Positions 37,950 to 50,289 of a stretch of 64,000 bases of DNA are shown in pieces. Origin of the DNA: Octopus vulgaris. Taxonomy: Eukaryota. Position 1 is the first letter of the stretch, and each line of letters opens with the position of its first letter. The notes under the pieces were generated by a model that was not told where the DNA came from, made no database searches, and worked only from the letters and a program-made list of their open reading frames with translations. The stretch spans positions 60,016,001 to 60,080,000 of the forward strand of contig OX597816.1 in NCBI GenBank assembly GCA_951406725.2. Direction: 5' to 3'. The position numbers were made by a program, and so were the translations under genes.

Positions 37950-38600
37950 GGAAGGTTGATTTATGTCTTTTGATCAGAATGGCTTCTTTAATCTGTAGGT
38001 TACCAACTATACTGACTGTGGTTTTGAGTGACTGCCCTATCTTTATTTATGTTCCTAAATTTATCAAAGTGTTTCATGAACAATGATGTCCATCTAGAGA
38101 TGTTTGTTGATTCAGATATTACATAGCACTGGCTATGTAATATTCATGACTGAACCTGGTACACACATAGCAGATGGGGTAGTTGGCCACAATGTATAGG
38201 TTTGTCATTGGAGAGTTACTTCTGAGATGAACATTTCCATAGGTGAAAGTCAGTGAACAGTTGCATTTCCAGCTCTTCTTTATGGATAGCCTTGTAGGAA
38301 ACAGCAGTTATACTATCACTAAAGAGTAGAAAACAGGTGTTGGAAGAGGTTTTCCATTTCTTGCTTGAGAACTCTGAAGATGACTAACAACAGATGCTAA
38401 GAATTCATTTTTGACTTTCAGCATCTTCTGGAACCGTGTGATATGGAAAGCCCATTCTTTTGTCTCACTGCATTCAAGGCAGATATAATGAAGTTCTTTG
38501 TATATACCTAGTCAAACACTGATAGGAAGAACTGGTCTGTAGCAGACAGATAGATTTCTGATGATGGCTTTTTTGTAGATGTCTGCTCTATCTGTAATTG
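37950..38600 (-). mobile_element. Possible degraded Penelope-like (GIY-YIG) remnant
   Basis: Minus strand gives LQIKEAILIKRHKSTF, resembling the PLE endonuclease C-terminus; otherwise highly decayed. Confidence 0.3.
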
Positions 38601-39910
38601 CAAGTTAGCTTTTCTGAATTAAATTGTACATTAAAAAATATACATGGTTGAATGATGAAATTAATAATTCTTTGCAAGTTTGGCAGAAGGCCAGGAAAAA
38701 ATTAATAAATAATAACATTCTAGAAGTGCTTATGAGGTACCCTATTTCTTTATATTTTTCCTCGTATGTTTTCATTGGTTCCAGTCATTAGACTCTGACA
38801 GTATTGGAGCACTGTCTTGAAAGATAGAGTTGTTTAAAACAACCATGGTACTTGACTGGCATTTATTTTATTAATTATGAGAAGATAACCAGCAAAGTCA
38901 ACCTGGACAGTTCCTTTTTTTTAATTATTATTTAGAGCATAGAGGAAGGTATTTAGAGCATAAATACCATGAACAGCTACCACGGGCTACTTTGTGAGGT
39001 GTTCTACCAATCATGACATACCATTTCAATATTATGAATGAGAGCCAACAAAGCAACATAATACGGTTACTAAACCTGTAAGAAATAGTTGCCATATTTC
39101 CCTCAAATTCTACCCCACTGTGTGGTGGCCTGTGAGCCTCAATGACTGAGACATAGAGCTATTCCAGTGGAGCACAAGCCCCTGGTAGAGCTTCTCTTGC
39201 TGGACAGGAGAACAGAAACAGGCCGGACAAATATAGACCACTTCTTCCCAGAGGTAAAAAATGGGTCTGCATAGGGCTGATACATCATCATCATCGTTTA
39301 ACGTCCGTTTTCCATGCTAGCATGAGTTGGACGGTTCAACTGGGGGTCTGGGAAGCCAGAAGGCTGCACCAGGCCCAGTCTGATCTGGCAGTGTTTCTAA
39401 AGCTGGATGCCCTTCCTAACGCCAACCACTCAGAGTGTAGTGGGTACTTTTTATGTGCCACCTGCACATACACTGTCTAGAAAAAAAAAACAGTTACAGA
39501 AGCACTGATGACAATTCAAAACCAGCAACACCTGGGAGAAGGCCTCTCAGAGAAATGATGTGATGCAACAAAATCTGAATGGAAACCAATATCCGGTATT
39601 ATACATCAGGCTCTGACCTGGAACTTACAAGGAAGGTGGAAGAGAAGACACCCTAAATCTAGATGGAGGGGGGATACGGAGGTAGAAATCAAAAAGGAGG
39701 GATCCTAATGGATAAAAACAGAAGAGATAGTCCAGAGTCAAGAAAAGTGGAGAAAAGTTGTCTATGGGCTATATTCAATTGGGAATGATGGGCTTAAGTA
39801 AGAAACTCTATATCTTGGCAAAAAAAGACAGGGTTGTAACAACTGGAATGTTTCTGATCATAGGGTTAGCTTGATCAGGACTCCTTGGGTTAAAATAATA
39901 ATCCACTCAC

Positions 39911-39972
39911 CTTTGATAGCACCATATTGTTTCCAAAGGATGTTTCATCAAAGTAAACAGTTGCTAATTGCT
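39911..39972 (-). CDS. NHEJ1: NHEJ1/XLF coding exon 4 ((K)QLATVYFDETSFGNNMVLSK)
   Basis: Acceptor tttcag|AG, donor AAG|gtgagt; 62 nt, phase 1-0, in frame with exon 3. Resembles human RLKTEPFEENSF. Confidence 0.88.
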
Positions 39973-40159
39973 CTGAAATGATGATATAAAAATATTAAGG
40001 TTAGAAGATTTACTTTTTGCCTTTTATATTACAAATAGTGAAGAATAACAGATCACACTTTCTCAATGGATCAATCTATGCAGGAACTTTGTTCAAAAAG
40101 AACAATTTCAGAAATATTTCTTGTTGATGTGTACAACTTTTGCCTATGTATATTGGTGA

Positions 40160-40212
<53 letters not shown>

Positions 40213-40213
<1 letters not shown>

Positions 40214-40900
40214 CTAGTTGTTGAGGGAACCTGTGGAAGAGGTAGACCAAGGAAGACCAGGGATGAGGTGGTCAAGCATGACCTTCGAACATTGGACCTC
40301 ACTGATGCAATGACTAGTGACCAGGACCTTTGGAAATATGTTGTGCTTGAGAAGACTCGGCAAGCCAAGTGAGACCATAACCTCGTGGCCTATGCCAGGG
40401 GTGTAACCAGCCCACTTGTGCATACCTTTTCCTTCTTTGGACACTAAACTCTGCTTGCAAAGACCTGTTGAGGCAAGTGAAATCGAAATCAAATTCAATG
40501 ACTGGCATCCATGTTAGTGGAGCGCTAAGAATACAATCTGAGCGTGATCGTTGCCAGAGCAACAAACTGGCTTCCGTGCCAGTGACATGTAAAAAGCACC
40601 ATTCGAGTGTGATCGTTACCCGCGTCGCCTTACTGGCACTTGTGCTGGTGGCATGCAAAAAAACATTCAAGCAAGGTTGTTGCCAGTGCCGCTGGACTGG
40701 CTCCTGTGCAGGTGGCACATAAAAAGCACCATTGAGCGTGGTCGTTGCCAGTCTCGTGCCAGTGGCACGTAAAAGCACCCACTACACTCTTGGAGAGGTT
40801 GGCGTTAAGAAGGGCACCCAGCTGTAGAAACTCTGCAGGATCAGATTGGAGCCTGGTGCAGCCATCTGGTTCGTCAGACCTCAGTCAAATTGTCCAACCC
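40213..40900 (+). mobile_element. RTE-LINE 3' segment (end of ORF + tail)
   Basis: Homologous to 35865-36548. Confidence 0.85.
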
Positions 40901-42490
40901 AGCTATCCCTAGTTTCCAAACTGACCATCAGATAAGGGATTGGGGGACCCTGTCAAAGGCTTTCTCCATGTCAACGAAAGCTAGGTACAGAGGTTTATCT
41001 TTGGCTAGGTATTTCTCCTGCAGCTGTCTTACCAGAAATATAGCATCAGTAGTGATTTTCCCTGGCACAAACCCAAACTGCATCTCGTCTAAACTGACTC
41101 TCTCCCTAATTAGTTGGGCTATGACCCTCTCCAGGACTTTCATTACCTGATCCAACAATCTGATATCACTGTAATTATTTGTATCTAATGCATCACCTTT
41201 ACCTTTGTAGCAGTTGACTGTGGTGATGCTACACCAGCCATTGGGTAGGATTTCTTCATGCATCACCTGATTGACTATATAGGTGACTAGACTGTAGCCG
41301 ACACCGCCAGATATCTTAAGCATTTCTGCGGTGATTCCTGATGAGCTGGGGGCTTTCCCTGTCTTCATACCCTAAATTGCTTTATCTACCAAGGTACTGT
41401 CAATTCAGATAGCTGGTCCCTCTGTTGGCTCAACATTTAGCAACCTTTCATAGTGGTGTCTCCAAGTCTCTCTCCTTGCAGCCTCATTAAATGCAAGTGA
41501 GCTGTCATCCATGCAGACACATTTCTCTCCTATGACATCATGATTCTCTCTCACACTGTCTTGCAACAAGAACCAGCTCAAGTCTTTGGTCCTCACCACA
41601 CAGAACATTTGCAAACTTTTTCTTATCTGCTTCCCCTCTGGCTAAGTAAACCTGTCACATAGTTTCCCTTCTGGCAATCTGATACAATTCTCTCCTCCCA
41701 CCATTCTTCCAGTCCTCCCAAGCTGGTTTCTTTTCCCTAATGGACCTGTCAATTACACTGTTCCACCACCATGTTACCTTGGGTTGAGAGGGGACTTTGC
41801 ACCATCTACAGATCTGGTCAGTAGCACTCAACAGGTTCTCCTGTACAAACCTCCAGTTGTCTTCCACATCATATCTCCCTGTATTTTGTCAAAAGCTTTG
41901 AGTAATACATTTCTAAATCTCTGTCCATTTGCAGGATCCTTAAGCTTCTAAACCCTTCTTCTCCATGTTGGTCGTCTTCTGGGCATCCATTTAGCCCTGA
42001 TCCTGAAGTTGCTAACTACTAATCCATGTTGTGGGGTGCATTCTTCACCTGGGAAGGTTTTGGCATTTATAAGTAGACATCTTTCCCGTTTCCTGGTGAG
42101 GATGTAATCAATTTGACTAGTGTGTCTACTAGATCGGTAGGTGAATAGGTGGCTGGCAGGTTTCCTGAAGTTAGTATTAAAAACCATAAGATCACTTGCA
42201 CCACAGAATCCAACAGCCTGGTTCCCTCCCCATTGCAGGAACCAAAACTATAGCCTCCATGTATGCCATGATAGACTACTGCATGTTGTCTAACATGCCC
42301 ATTGAAGTCGCCAGCTACAAAGCGAAGGTCCCTGTCATTCGTCGTCGAGGTAATCTGCAAGAGGGTGTCATAAAATCAGTCTTTCTGTTCATCAGGTAGC
42401 CTCAGCTGAGGGGCATAGGACGAGATAATGATTGCTAAACCATGTTGCAGCACTAATCTAATCTGAAGTATTTTATCACAGATTCTGACA
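40900..42490 (-). mobile_element. RTE-LINE 5'/middle segment (APE + N-terminal RT), inverted relative to the copy at 33420
   Basis: Minus ORFs give FVAGDFNGHV, SQIDYIL, KTGKAP, DEMQFGF, AFVDMEKAFDRVP; disrupted. Confidence 0.9.
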
Positions 42491-42674
42491 AGAAACTTAT
42501 TTAATTACAAATAAAGTATGAATTAATATCAAAGTTTACAGCATGAAATTACTCTTGCACAGTTTGAGAAGCATATAATTACTGACAGGTTCAAGGAGCC
42601 TGTGGCTCCTTGCTTTCTCAGTTTGGTGTAAGATATAGCAGTTAAAATGACAAAAAATATCAAAAATGATTTAC

Positions 42675-42813
42675 TTTGATTAAGTTTAACAGACTGAGCT
42701 CTGTAATCCTCAATTTCTAAATCCTTTTTGGAAATAATATGAATAAGTTCTCTCTGGCGACGATTCAACTCGGACACCATCATTAAAAGTGGAATAGTCA
42801 TGTTCTCAGAGAC
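42675..42813 (-). CDS. NHEJ1: NHEJ1/XLF coding exon 3, coiled-coil (VSENMTIPLLMMVSELNRRQRELIHIISKKDLEIEDYRAQSVKLNQ)
   Basis: Acceptor catcag|GTC, donor CAA A|gtaaat; 139 nt, phase 0-1. Contains the XLF hallmark KDLEI.DY. Confidence 0.95.
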
Positions 42814-43059
42814 CTGATGACAAAGGAAAAATAGAAAGAAAACTAAAATAACAATATAGTTGAAAAATTCTAAAATCAAAATTATTTTATATACTTTCAG
42901 AATATTTTTCATCACAAATATATAAGAAGGCTTAGAAGCAGACTTAGACTAAAATACACACAAGAAAGTCTGCAGTTCTGATAAATGAATTCTTTATTAA
43001 CTCATCCAAGAAAAATAAATAAATAAATAACTGTAACAAAGAAAATTGATAAAAATTAC

Positions 43060-43254
43060 CATTTCTTCATGTGCTGGTTCTCCAACCAATTGCCAGGTGA
43101 AAGGGAACCTAGAAAGTTTGGAATTAATCCATATATGCATAGTTCCTTTGTCATCTTTGGAAATTCTCAAATTGTCAGACGGATTTTTATCAATATTCAG
43201 TTTAATATGCTCAAGAATTTTAGAAATTGGAGCTTCTAGATTGGGATTAAGTTC
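43060..43254 (-). CDS. NHEJ1: NHEJ1/XLF coding exon 2 (ELNPNLEAPISKILEHIKLNIDKNPSDNLRISKDDKGTMHIWINSKLSRFPFTWQLVGEPAHEEM)
   Basis: Acceptor ttttag|GAA, donor ATG|gtaatt; 195 nt, open, phase 0-0. ELN..L.AP and S.LS..PF.W are XLF motifs (human ELNKRLTAP / SELSGLPFYW). Confidence 0.92.
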
Positions 43255-43574
43255 CTAAAACAAAGTAAAATAAATTAGAAATTATAGCATCATTTTATAA
43301 TAAATAAAACTGAGATAAAATTATAGCTGCATCAATAAATCAGAGTGAAGCATGAATTTATATTAAAGTTCCTAGGCATGTTTCACCATTATGGTTGTTT
43401 GGAGCCCTGCAATAGAATGAAACATACTAAGAATACATGGTTAATAAGTTCAGTTTGAATCTCTATGGAAACCTTTTCTTACAACAGTCATCTAAATTTC
43501 TCAGTCAATAAAAAAACAAAAAAAAAGCGAAACAGCCAACTGTGAAGATAATTCTTTCTGCTTTTATTTTTTTA

Positions 43575-43970
43575 TATTCTTTTATTTGTTTCAGCCACTT
43601 GATTGTGGCCATGCTGGAGCAATACCTTTGGTCAAACAAATCAACCCCAGAACTTATTCTTTGTAAGCCTAGTACTTATTCTACCAGTTTCTTTGCCGAA
43701 CCGCTAAGTTCCGGGGATGAAAACACACCAGCATCAGTTGTCAAGTGATGGTGGGGGGGGGGGGACAAACACAGATACACAAACAAATACACACACACAC
43801 ACACATATATACGACGGGCTTCTTTCAGTTTCCGTCTACCAAATCCACTCACAAGGCTTTGGTCGGCCCGAGGCTATAGTAGAAGACACTTGCCCAAGGT
43901 GCCACGCAGTGGGACTGAACCCAGAACCATGTGGTTGGTAAGCAAGCTACATACCACACAGCCACGCCTG
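43575..43970 (-). mobile_element. SINE family A copy
   Basis: Consensus match; its 5' end abuts the inverted duplication arm. Confidence 0.85.
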
Positions 43971-46101
43971 CAGTACTTCTTTCGAGTAACCCATCATTGC
44001 TTGCTCCACTTTTCTCCTATGGAACCAGAGTTATCATGAAGTCTGTCATTTGAATGCTGATTTATGATGTGATGGATATTTACTTCCATTGATCTATAAG
44101 TATTTCTTCATTCAGTTATTCACTTAACATTCAATTTTTTTTTTTAACTCATGGATTAGATGGTGAGTTATTAGGGGCAAGATTTTATAGCCTAATGCAC
44201 TTCTTGTCATCAGCCCTCACCTGTTTTTCAAATAAAAGGGTTTTTTTCTATTAGCACTCTTTTAAAGAGCAGAACAATAGGTCATAATGTCGACATCATA
44301 ATTTCACTTGAGTGGCAACAAGAATGGAATATCAACAATATTAACAATGCGCACGCGCGCGCACACACACATGTCTATAGGGTGTCCATAAATTGTGTTT
44401 ACAACTTCCACAATTTATCATCAAGCTATGTTGCGTACAACCACTGGAGTTGTTTTGTGTGCCTGTGCTTTTTACATGGCACCAGCACAGGTAAAAAAAG
44501 ATTCAATATAAAATGTATCAGTCACTGTCTGCATTAGAATAACCTGTTACTGCTGCTAGTTAAAATTGTGAAAAAAATAATATAAATACACTGTAGATCA
44601 GCTGCAACAGTGGCTAGATCTCTCGACCCACACTGTACTTTATAAGCAACTTGCTGACACTCTCACACTGTACCTTGTATCTACAAAAACTACAATGGTG
44701 GGTGCAGTATATTTCTACATATAAATGAAGTATATTCTCCTGCATGTTATTGTTGTTTAGCCTATTCTGTCACGGCCATCACATTCATTTAATGTATGTC
44801 AAGGAATACATTTCTCACTGAGTTGTACGTTTATTTATGATGGCAGTAGCTGCTGCTTTTCGCAGGTTGAGCAACCCTATAAAAGTTGGTTTGTGTCCCT
44901 TGCATGTTATATCTGTAGGCTCCTGCTCATAAATCAGTCAAAAGTTTCTATGCTGTTGATGTCACTGCTGGATGGAAGCTACACAGTAATTAGTTCAGAT
45001 TAAGCATGACTGTTTGGTTAGGTGTGTTTCACATCCACGGGCTGTGGATTCAATTCCATTACATAACACTTATTATAGCCTTGGGTTGACAAATTAATTG
45101 TGGGTAGAACAGAGTAGATGTAAACTGTAGATGGAAGCTCATCCGGGGGATTGTTTCTTTTCATAGGTGGTAAATATCGTCTATCATTCAGTTTAACATC
45201 CCCATTTGGCCCCTGATTGCCTTTAGTGGAGTCTATTCTGTTACAAGTATTCAAGCTAGCTTTCTGCTCTGTGCATAACTTCCTGCCACCATTCAGAGAA
45301 CCTGAAAAAAGGTCAAGATCACTACTCTAGGTATAGGCATGTGGTTAAAAAGTTTGCCAAGCAACCATATAGTTTTGGGTTCAGTCCCATTGCATTCTAC
45401 TTTGGATAAGTGTCTGCTATTATTGGGATGATTGTGAATTTGATGGATGGAAACTGCAGGAAGCCTTTGTGTGTGTGTGTAGAATATCCATAGATTACCA
45501 TTACAATTTCAAAAATTCAGAGAAATAAGAAAAGTAAGGATAACTTAGAGTTTATTGCAAAACACAGGCACACAAAACAACTTTTATTAGAAAAATCAGA
45601 ATATTTCCATGTAAGCTCCAGTGGTTGTGTGCAACATAGCTTGATGATAAATTGTGGAAGTTGTAAACACAATTTATGGACACCCTATAGACATGTGTGT
45701 GTGTGTGTGTGCGCGCGTGTGCATTGTTAATATTGTTGATATTCCATTCTTGTTGCCACTCAAGTGAAATTATGATGTCGACATTATGACCTATTGTTCT
45801 GCTCTTTAAAAGAGTGCTAATAGAAAAAAAACCCTTTTATTTGAAAAACAGGTGAGGGCTGATGACAAGAAGTGCATTAGGCTATAAAATCTTGCCCCTA
45901 ATAACTCACCATCTAATCCATGGGGTAAAAAAAAATTGAATGTTAAGTGAATAACTGAATGAAGAAATACTTATAGATCAATGGAAGTAAATATCCATCA
46001 CATCATAAATCAGCATTCAGATGACAGACTTCATGATAACTCTGGTTCCATAGGAGAAAAGTGGAGCAAGCAATGATGAGCTACTCGAAAGAAGTACTGC
46101 A
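43969..46101. repeat. ~480-bp near-perfect inverted duplication (43969-44449 vs 45616-46101)
   Basis: Direct reverse-complement reading with only scattered mismatches and microsatellite length differences. Confidence 0.95.
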
Positions 46102-46873
46102 TTTTATATTGAATCTTTATTTACCTGTGCTGGTGCCATGTAAAAAGCACTCAGCACACTCTGTAAAATGGTTGGCATTAGGAAGGGCATCCAGCAATAA
46201 AGATCATGCCAAAACAGATAATGGGAGACTGGTGCATGCCTTTGGCTTGCTAGCTCCTCCAGTCAAACCATCCAACCGATGCCAGCATGGAAAACGGATG
46301 TTAAATGATGATAATGATGGTCAAAGGGCTGGGATTATAGAATTAGTAGAGTGCATTAGTACTTTAAGCTCTGAAATCACATTCCACTAGGGTTGACTAT
46401 CTTTTATCCTTGTAAGTTCAGTAGATTAAATATCAACTGACTGGGATTATTGGATTTACTACAAAAATGGCTGTTTGCATTACAACCATGTATTTCTCAG
46501 TTTGCTCTCACCATACAACACAGTCTTCTACTATAACCTTGTGCTGACCAATATTTTGTGTGTAAATTCTCTGCTCTTTACTTTCTGAGTTCAAAATCCA
46601 CTGAAGTTAACTTTATCACCACCCGACACTTGAGGGTCGATAAAATAAAGTATCAGTTGAGTACTAAAATTGATTCCTCTTTCATTTTCTCTCTATGAAT
46701 CAGCTATCTCCAACTAGTTATTGTCATTCAAACAAAGATGCTAGCTAGTCCCAAAAGAGGATTAAGCTACGGATCAGCAACCTGTTATTACAGTAATAAA
46801 CCAAAGGAAACATTTGCAGCCCTGAGGCAGAAATGGTGGCTGTGGATGGACAAAGGGTGTGTGTATGTGTGTG

Positions 46874-46920
<47 letters not shown>

Positions 46921-46922
<2 letters not shown>

Positions 46923-47185
46923 CAATAATTAAGGGTTTAGCAACAAGTTGCTTCACCACATACCGAAAATTTAGAAATAGTAGCCAAAAGACTTATTTCT
47001 TTTCACTACTTTTGTAGTGAAAAGAAATTTCTAAATTTTCAGTATGTGGTGAAGCAACTTGTTGCTAAACCCTTAATTATTGGTATAATTATATATAAAA
47101 AACTTCTTGTATAAGTTTTTACCGAATATGGTTCTTTTCCATACTGAAACTACTTGGTAAAATTTATTAATTAATTTTTTACCCT
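46921..47185. repeat. Fold-back element (hairpin 46921-47084 + tail), same family as 48906
   Basis: accaataattaagggtttagcaacaagttgcttcaccacat ... atgtggtgaagcaacttgttgctaaacccttaattattggt. Confidence 0.85.
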
Positions 47186-47203
47186 ATATATATATATATA
47201 TAT

Positions 47204-47437
47204 ACATGGGGTGAGTCAAAAGTAGTGCTCAATTCCTGTTTTAGGGTTAATATGTATAACTTCCCAATTGGGAGATAATTTTGACTCTTAATTCTTGTTT
47301 TATGGGTTGGGATATCAAAGAGTATTAACAACATGATCCAAATTTAGTAACTTTCAAAACTGTCAGTAAAAACCTGCAGAGCAACAGAGAAAGGCATGAC
47401 TTCTCAGAGACCAGGTGCTACTTTTGACTCACCCTGT
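47204..47437. mobile_element. Tc1/mariner-type MITE in (TA)n
   Basis: TIRs gggtgagtcaaaagtag ... ctacttttgactcaccctg with flanking TA. Confidence 0.7.
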
Positions 47438-48905
47438 ATATGAAGTAAAACCAGTAAATTAAACACAAATACTTAGTAGTATTCATATCCAAACTAGCTA
47501 TCTATTTTTAAGGGCCACTTTGCTAGTCATTCTTATGGTGTTGATAAAGTACCAAAATACTGGGGATCAATATTATCAACTAAAGGAGTAATCGAATACT
47601 TGTTCCTGATAAATTTGTGATTGTGGCTCTACATAGTCACTTGACTAGCTAAGCATGGCAACCAAATCTCTTAAATTACACATTACTGTCTTGAAAAGAG
47701 AGGGTCTTACTGTGTCATGCAGTCTAGATACTGGAGGGAAATATGGAATGGTCATAGATCTCAGTCAGTGTTGACTTGGATCTAAACAACCATTAGGTCA
47801 TTTATGTAACTCTGGCAATTTGAAATAGTTTCTGTGAGTTTAGGTAGAAACAAAACAAAAGGTTCCAAATGTATTATAAGTCTAGAGGGACTGGACATGT
47901 GTTGTTGTGTCGAGTATACCAGACAAGTTACTCCTTTCAGTCTTCTATTAGAATTCTGTTCACTTTTATGATGCAACATAAGAATATGTATGGCATTCCT
48001 TCGGTATTAGTCTACAGAGTGTCGGTGTAAGGAGATGACGTCATTCACTCCCTTTTTCAGTTTAGCCTCTTTATCTATGTCACGAGGGGAGGTTTATGGG
48101 TGAATGAAGTTGTGTAACATTATTAAAGGATTGCACACACACACACACACACACATATATAAATATAAATATATATATATTGACCCCTTAAGGTGGCGAG
48201 CAGGCAGAATCATTAGCAAGTCAGGCAATAGCAACATTTCGTCCGTCTTTATGCTCTGAGTTCAAATTCTGGCAAGGACGACTTTGCTTTTCATCCCTTT
48301 CAGGGGTTAATAACATTAGCACCAGCTGAGCACTGGGGTCGATGTAATCGGTTTACATCCTTCCCCCAAATTGCTGGCCTTGTACCAGAATTTGAAACCA
48401 ATTCATAAATGGATCCTGGAAGGATGAAAGGCAAACTTGGATTCCCGAACAGGCAAGGTTTGAACCTCTGATCGCAAAGGGCAATAACTAAATAATGCTA
48501 CGTATTTTGTTCGACACTGACGATTCTGCCAAAGCACAAAATATTCATGGCTATTCGAAATAAACTCTGAAACGACGATTACGAAAATAGTCAGAGCATT
48601 ATGACAATAAACTGGGTATTCCGTTATATTGAATAAATATAATGATGGCCATTACTAAAATGTGACGTCCGTTAGTTTTATCTCACGAAGAACACTTCCC
48701 CCAAAATTTGGAAACTTTCAATTGGTCCAACGACCCTATATCTTAGAAAAAATCGCATTTTGGCCGTTAACTCCGTATTATTCCTTGTGTCAATGTTAGA
48801 AAATCAATATAAACGTAGAATAAGATTGGTGACTAAGTAATTTCCTGCTGAAAGCGGCGTGATAAAATAAGGTAGAACTACTTGAAGAAGAAGATATATA
48901 TATAC

Positions 48906-49190
48906 ACATTACTTTATATAATTAGGGTTCAGCAAAAAAATTGCTTTACAACACACCGAACTTTTAGAAATAGCAGCCAAAGAATTTAGCTATTTCCCCT
49001 TTTTTATAGTAGTGGAAATAGCTAAATTCTTTGGCTGCTATTTCTAAAAGTTCGGTGTGTGGTAAAGCAATTTTTTGGCTGAACCCTAATTATATAAAGT
49101 AATGTTTATATTTACCGTAAATGGTCCTTTTACATACTGAACACAGCTTGGTAAAATTATTAATTACTAATTAATTAATTTTACCCTTAT
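48906..49190. repeat. Fold-back element (hairpin 48906-49105 + tail)
   Basis: ~90-bp arms acattactttatataattagggttcagc ... gctgaaccctaattatataaagtaatgt. Confidence 0.9.
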
Positions 49191-49329
49191 TATTATTGAC
49201 TATATATATATACATATAATGGAGAAATTGTACAAAATGTATCAACAGATGATGAGTAAAGCGCCGGCAGTTTCGATTACCTGTTGTTATCCATAGATTT
49301 ATTGCAGGAACTTCGTAGTGGCGGTTAGG

Positions 49330-49463
49330 ATAACAGTATTAATAAAGTTGGAGGTGGAATTTGTAATAGACTTCATTGGGTACAACACATGTTTCGACCC
49401 ACATGTATTGTACCCACTAAAGTCTATTACATATTGCATCTCCTATTTTATTAATACTGTTAT
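49330..49463. repeat. Imperfect palindrome, ~60-bp arms, 8-nt loop
   Basis: ataacagtattaataaa...gggtacaacacatgt-ttcgaccc-acatgtattgtaccc...tttattaatactgttat. Confidence 0.85.
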
Positions 49464-49519
49464 ACATATATATATATAACAATTGTCGACCATTCAGTCT
49501 TTATACATCTCTATGTAAG

Positions 49520-49844
49520 TATTACAACGTTATTTCGTTTTGGGATTTGGTTTGCAAGATTCTTTATATGAGTTCGTGTGTTGAAGCATATTCTGTTGTG
49601 TCTGGGGAGTCATTTTCTTTTTGTGCCTTACAATGTAACACACTCACCGGTAAAATTTCCACTTATTTTTATTTTCCTAAAATTTTCGTTGCGTCGACTC
49701 TTCAAAAAGGTTGCAAGACGCAACAAAAATTTTAGGAGAATAAAAATAAGAAATAAGTGGAAATTTTGCCAGTGGGTGTGTTACATTATAAGGCACAAAA
49801 AGAAAATGACTCTCCCCAGACACAAAACAGAATATTACAACGTT
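49520..49844. repeat. Fold-back element (hairpin 49588-49835) bounded by the 12-bp direct repeat tattacaacgtt
   Basis: ~105-bp arms read directly; direct repeat at 49520-49531 and 49833-49844. Confidence 0.85.
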
Positions 49845-49910
49845 GTTTCTTGGCAATATATAAATATAAACAAACAAGAGATTAAGTAAATATCTGCAGA
49901 ATATCTTTAC

Positions 49911-50108
49911 CTGTAAACGTTGGCAACATTCTCTTTCTGTTAATGATTCGCACCAATAATTAGTGAGGTCTGTAATCATGCATTCGTAACAATTCTCTCC
50001 GAAGCGAGTTTTAATCAAGTAGACATACTCGTCAGCTTGCAGGATACGCCAGGGACAACATTTCAAATCCGGTTTCCATAAACTTCGCCATTTCGTCTCT
50101 AGATCCAT
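49911..50108 (-). CDS. NHEJ1: NHEJ1/XLF coding exon 1 (66 codons, MDLETKWRSLWKPDLKCCPWRILQADEYVYLIKTRFGENCYECMITDLTNYWCESLTERECCQRLQ)
   Basis: ATG at 50108-50106; donor CAG|gtaaag at 49910; 198 nt, phase 0. Residue pattern PW..L....YLIK..F....Y..MITDL...W.E......QR matches the XLF/XRCC4-family head domain N-terminus as recalled from human XLF. Confidence 0.92.
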
Positions 50109-50289
50109 TTGGGAACTAGTAGTATACAAAGCTTTCTTTCGTTTTATTGAGCTACTAATTCCTGCGAGAAAGCAAATATTCAACGAAGAACCTTCCCCCA
50201 AAATCTGTAAACAATCACAAACGACGACTGAACCGTATCAAAATCGATTTTTCATTAATAAACTCTATTATATTTCTCTTAGAGTTATC

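Noticed and set aside
49677-50201. 174-aa ORF as a complete protein
   Set aside because: It is XLF exon 1 plus 5'UTR and read-through into an intronic fold-back repeat; the donor is at 49910.
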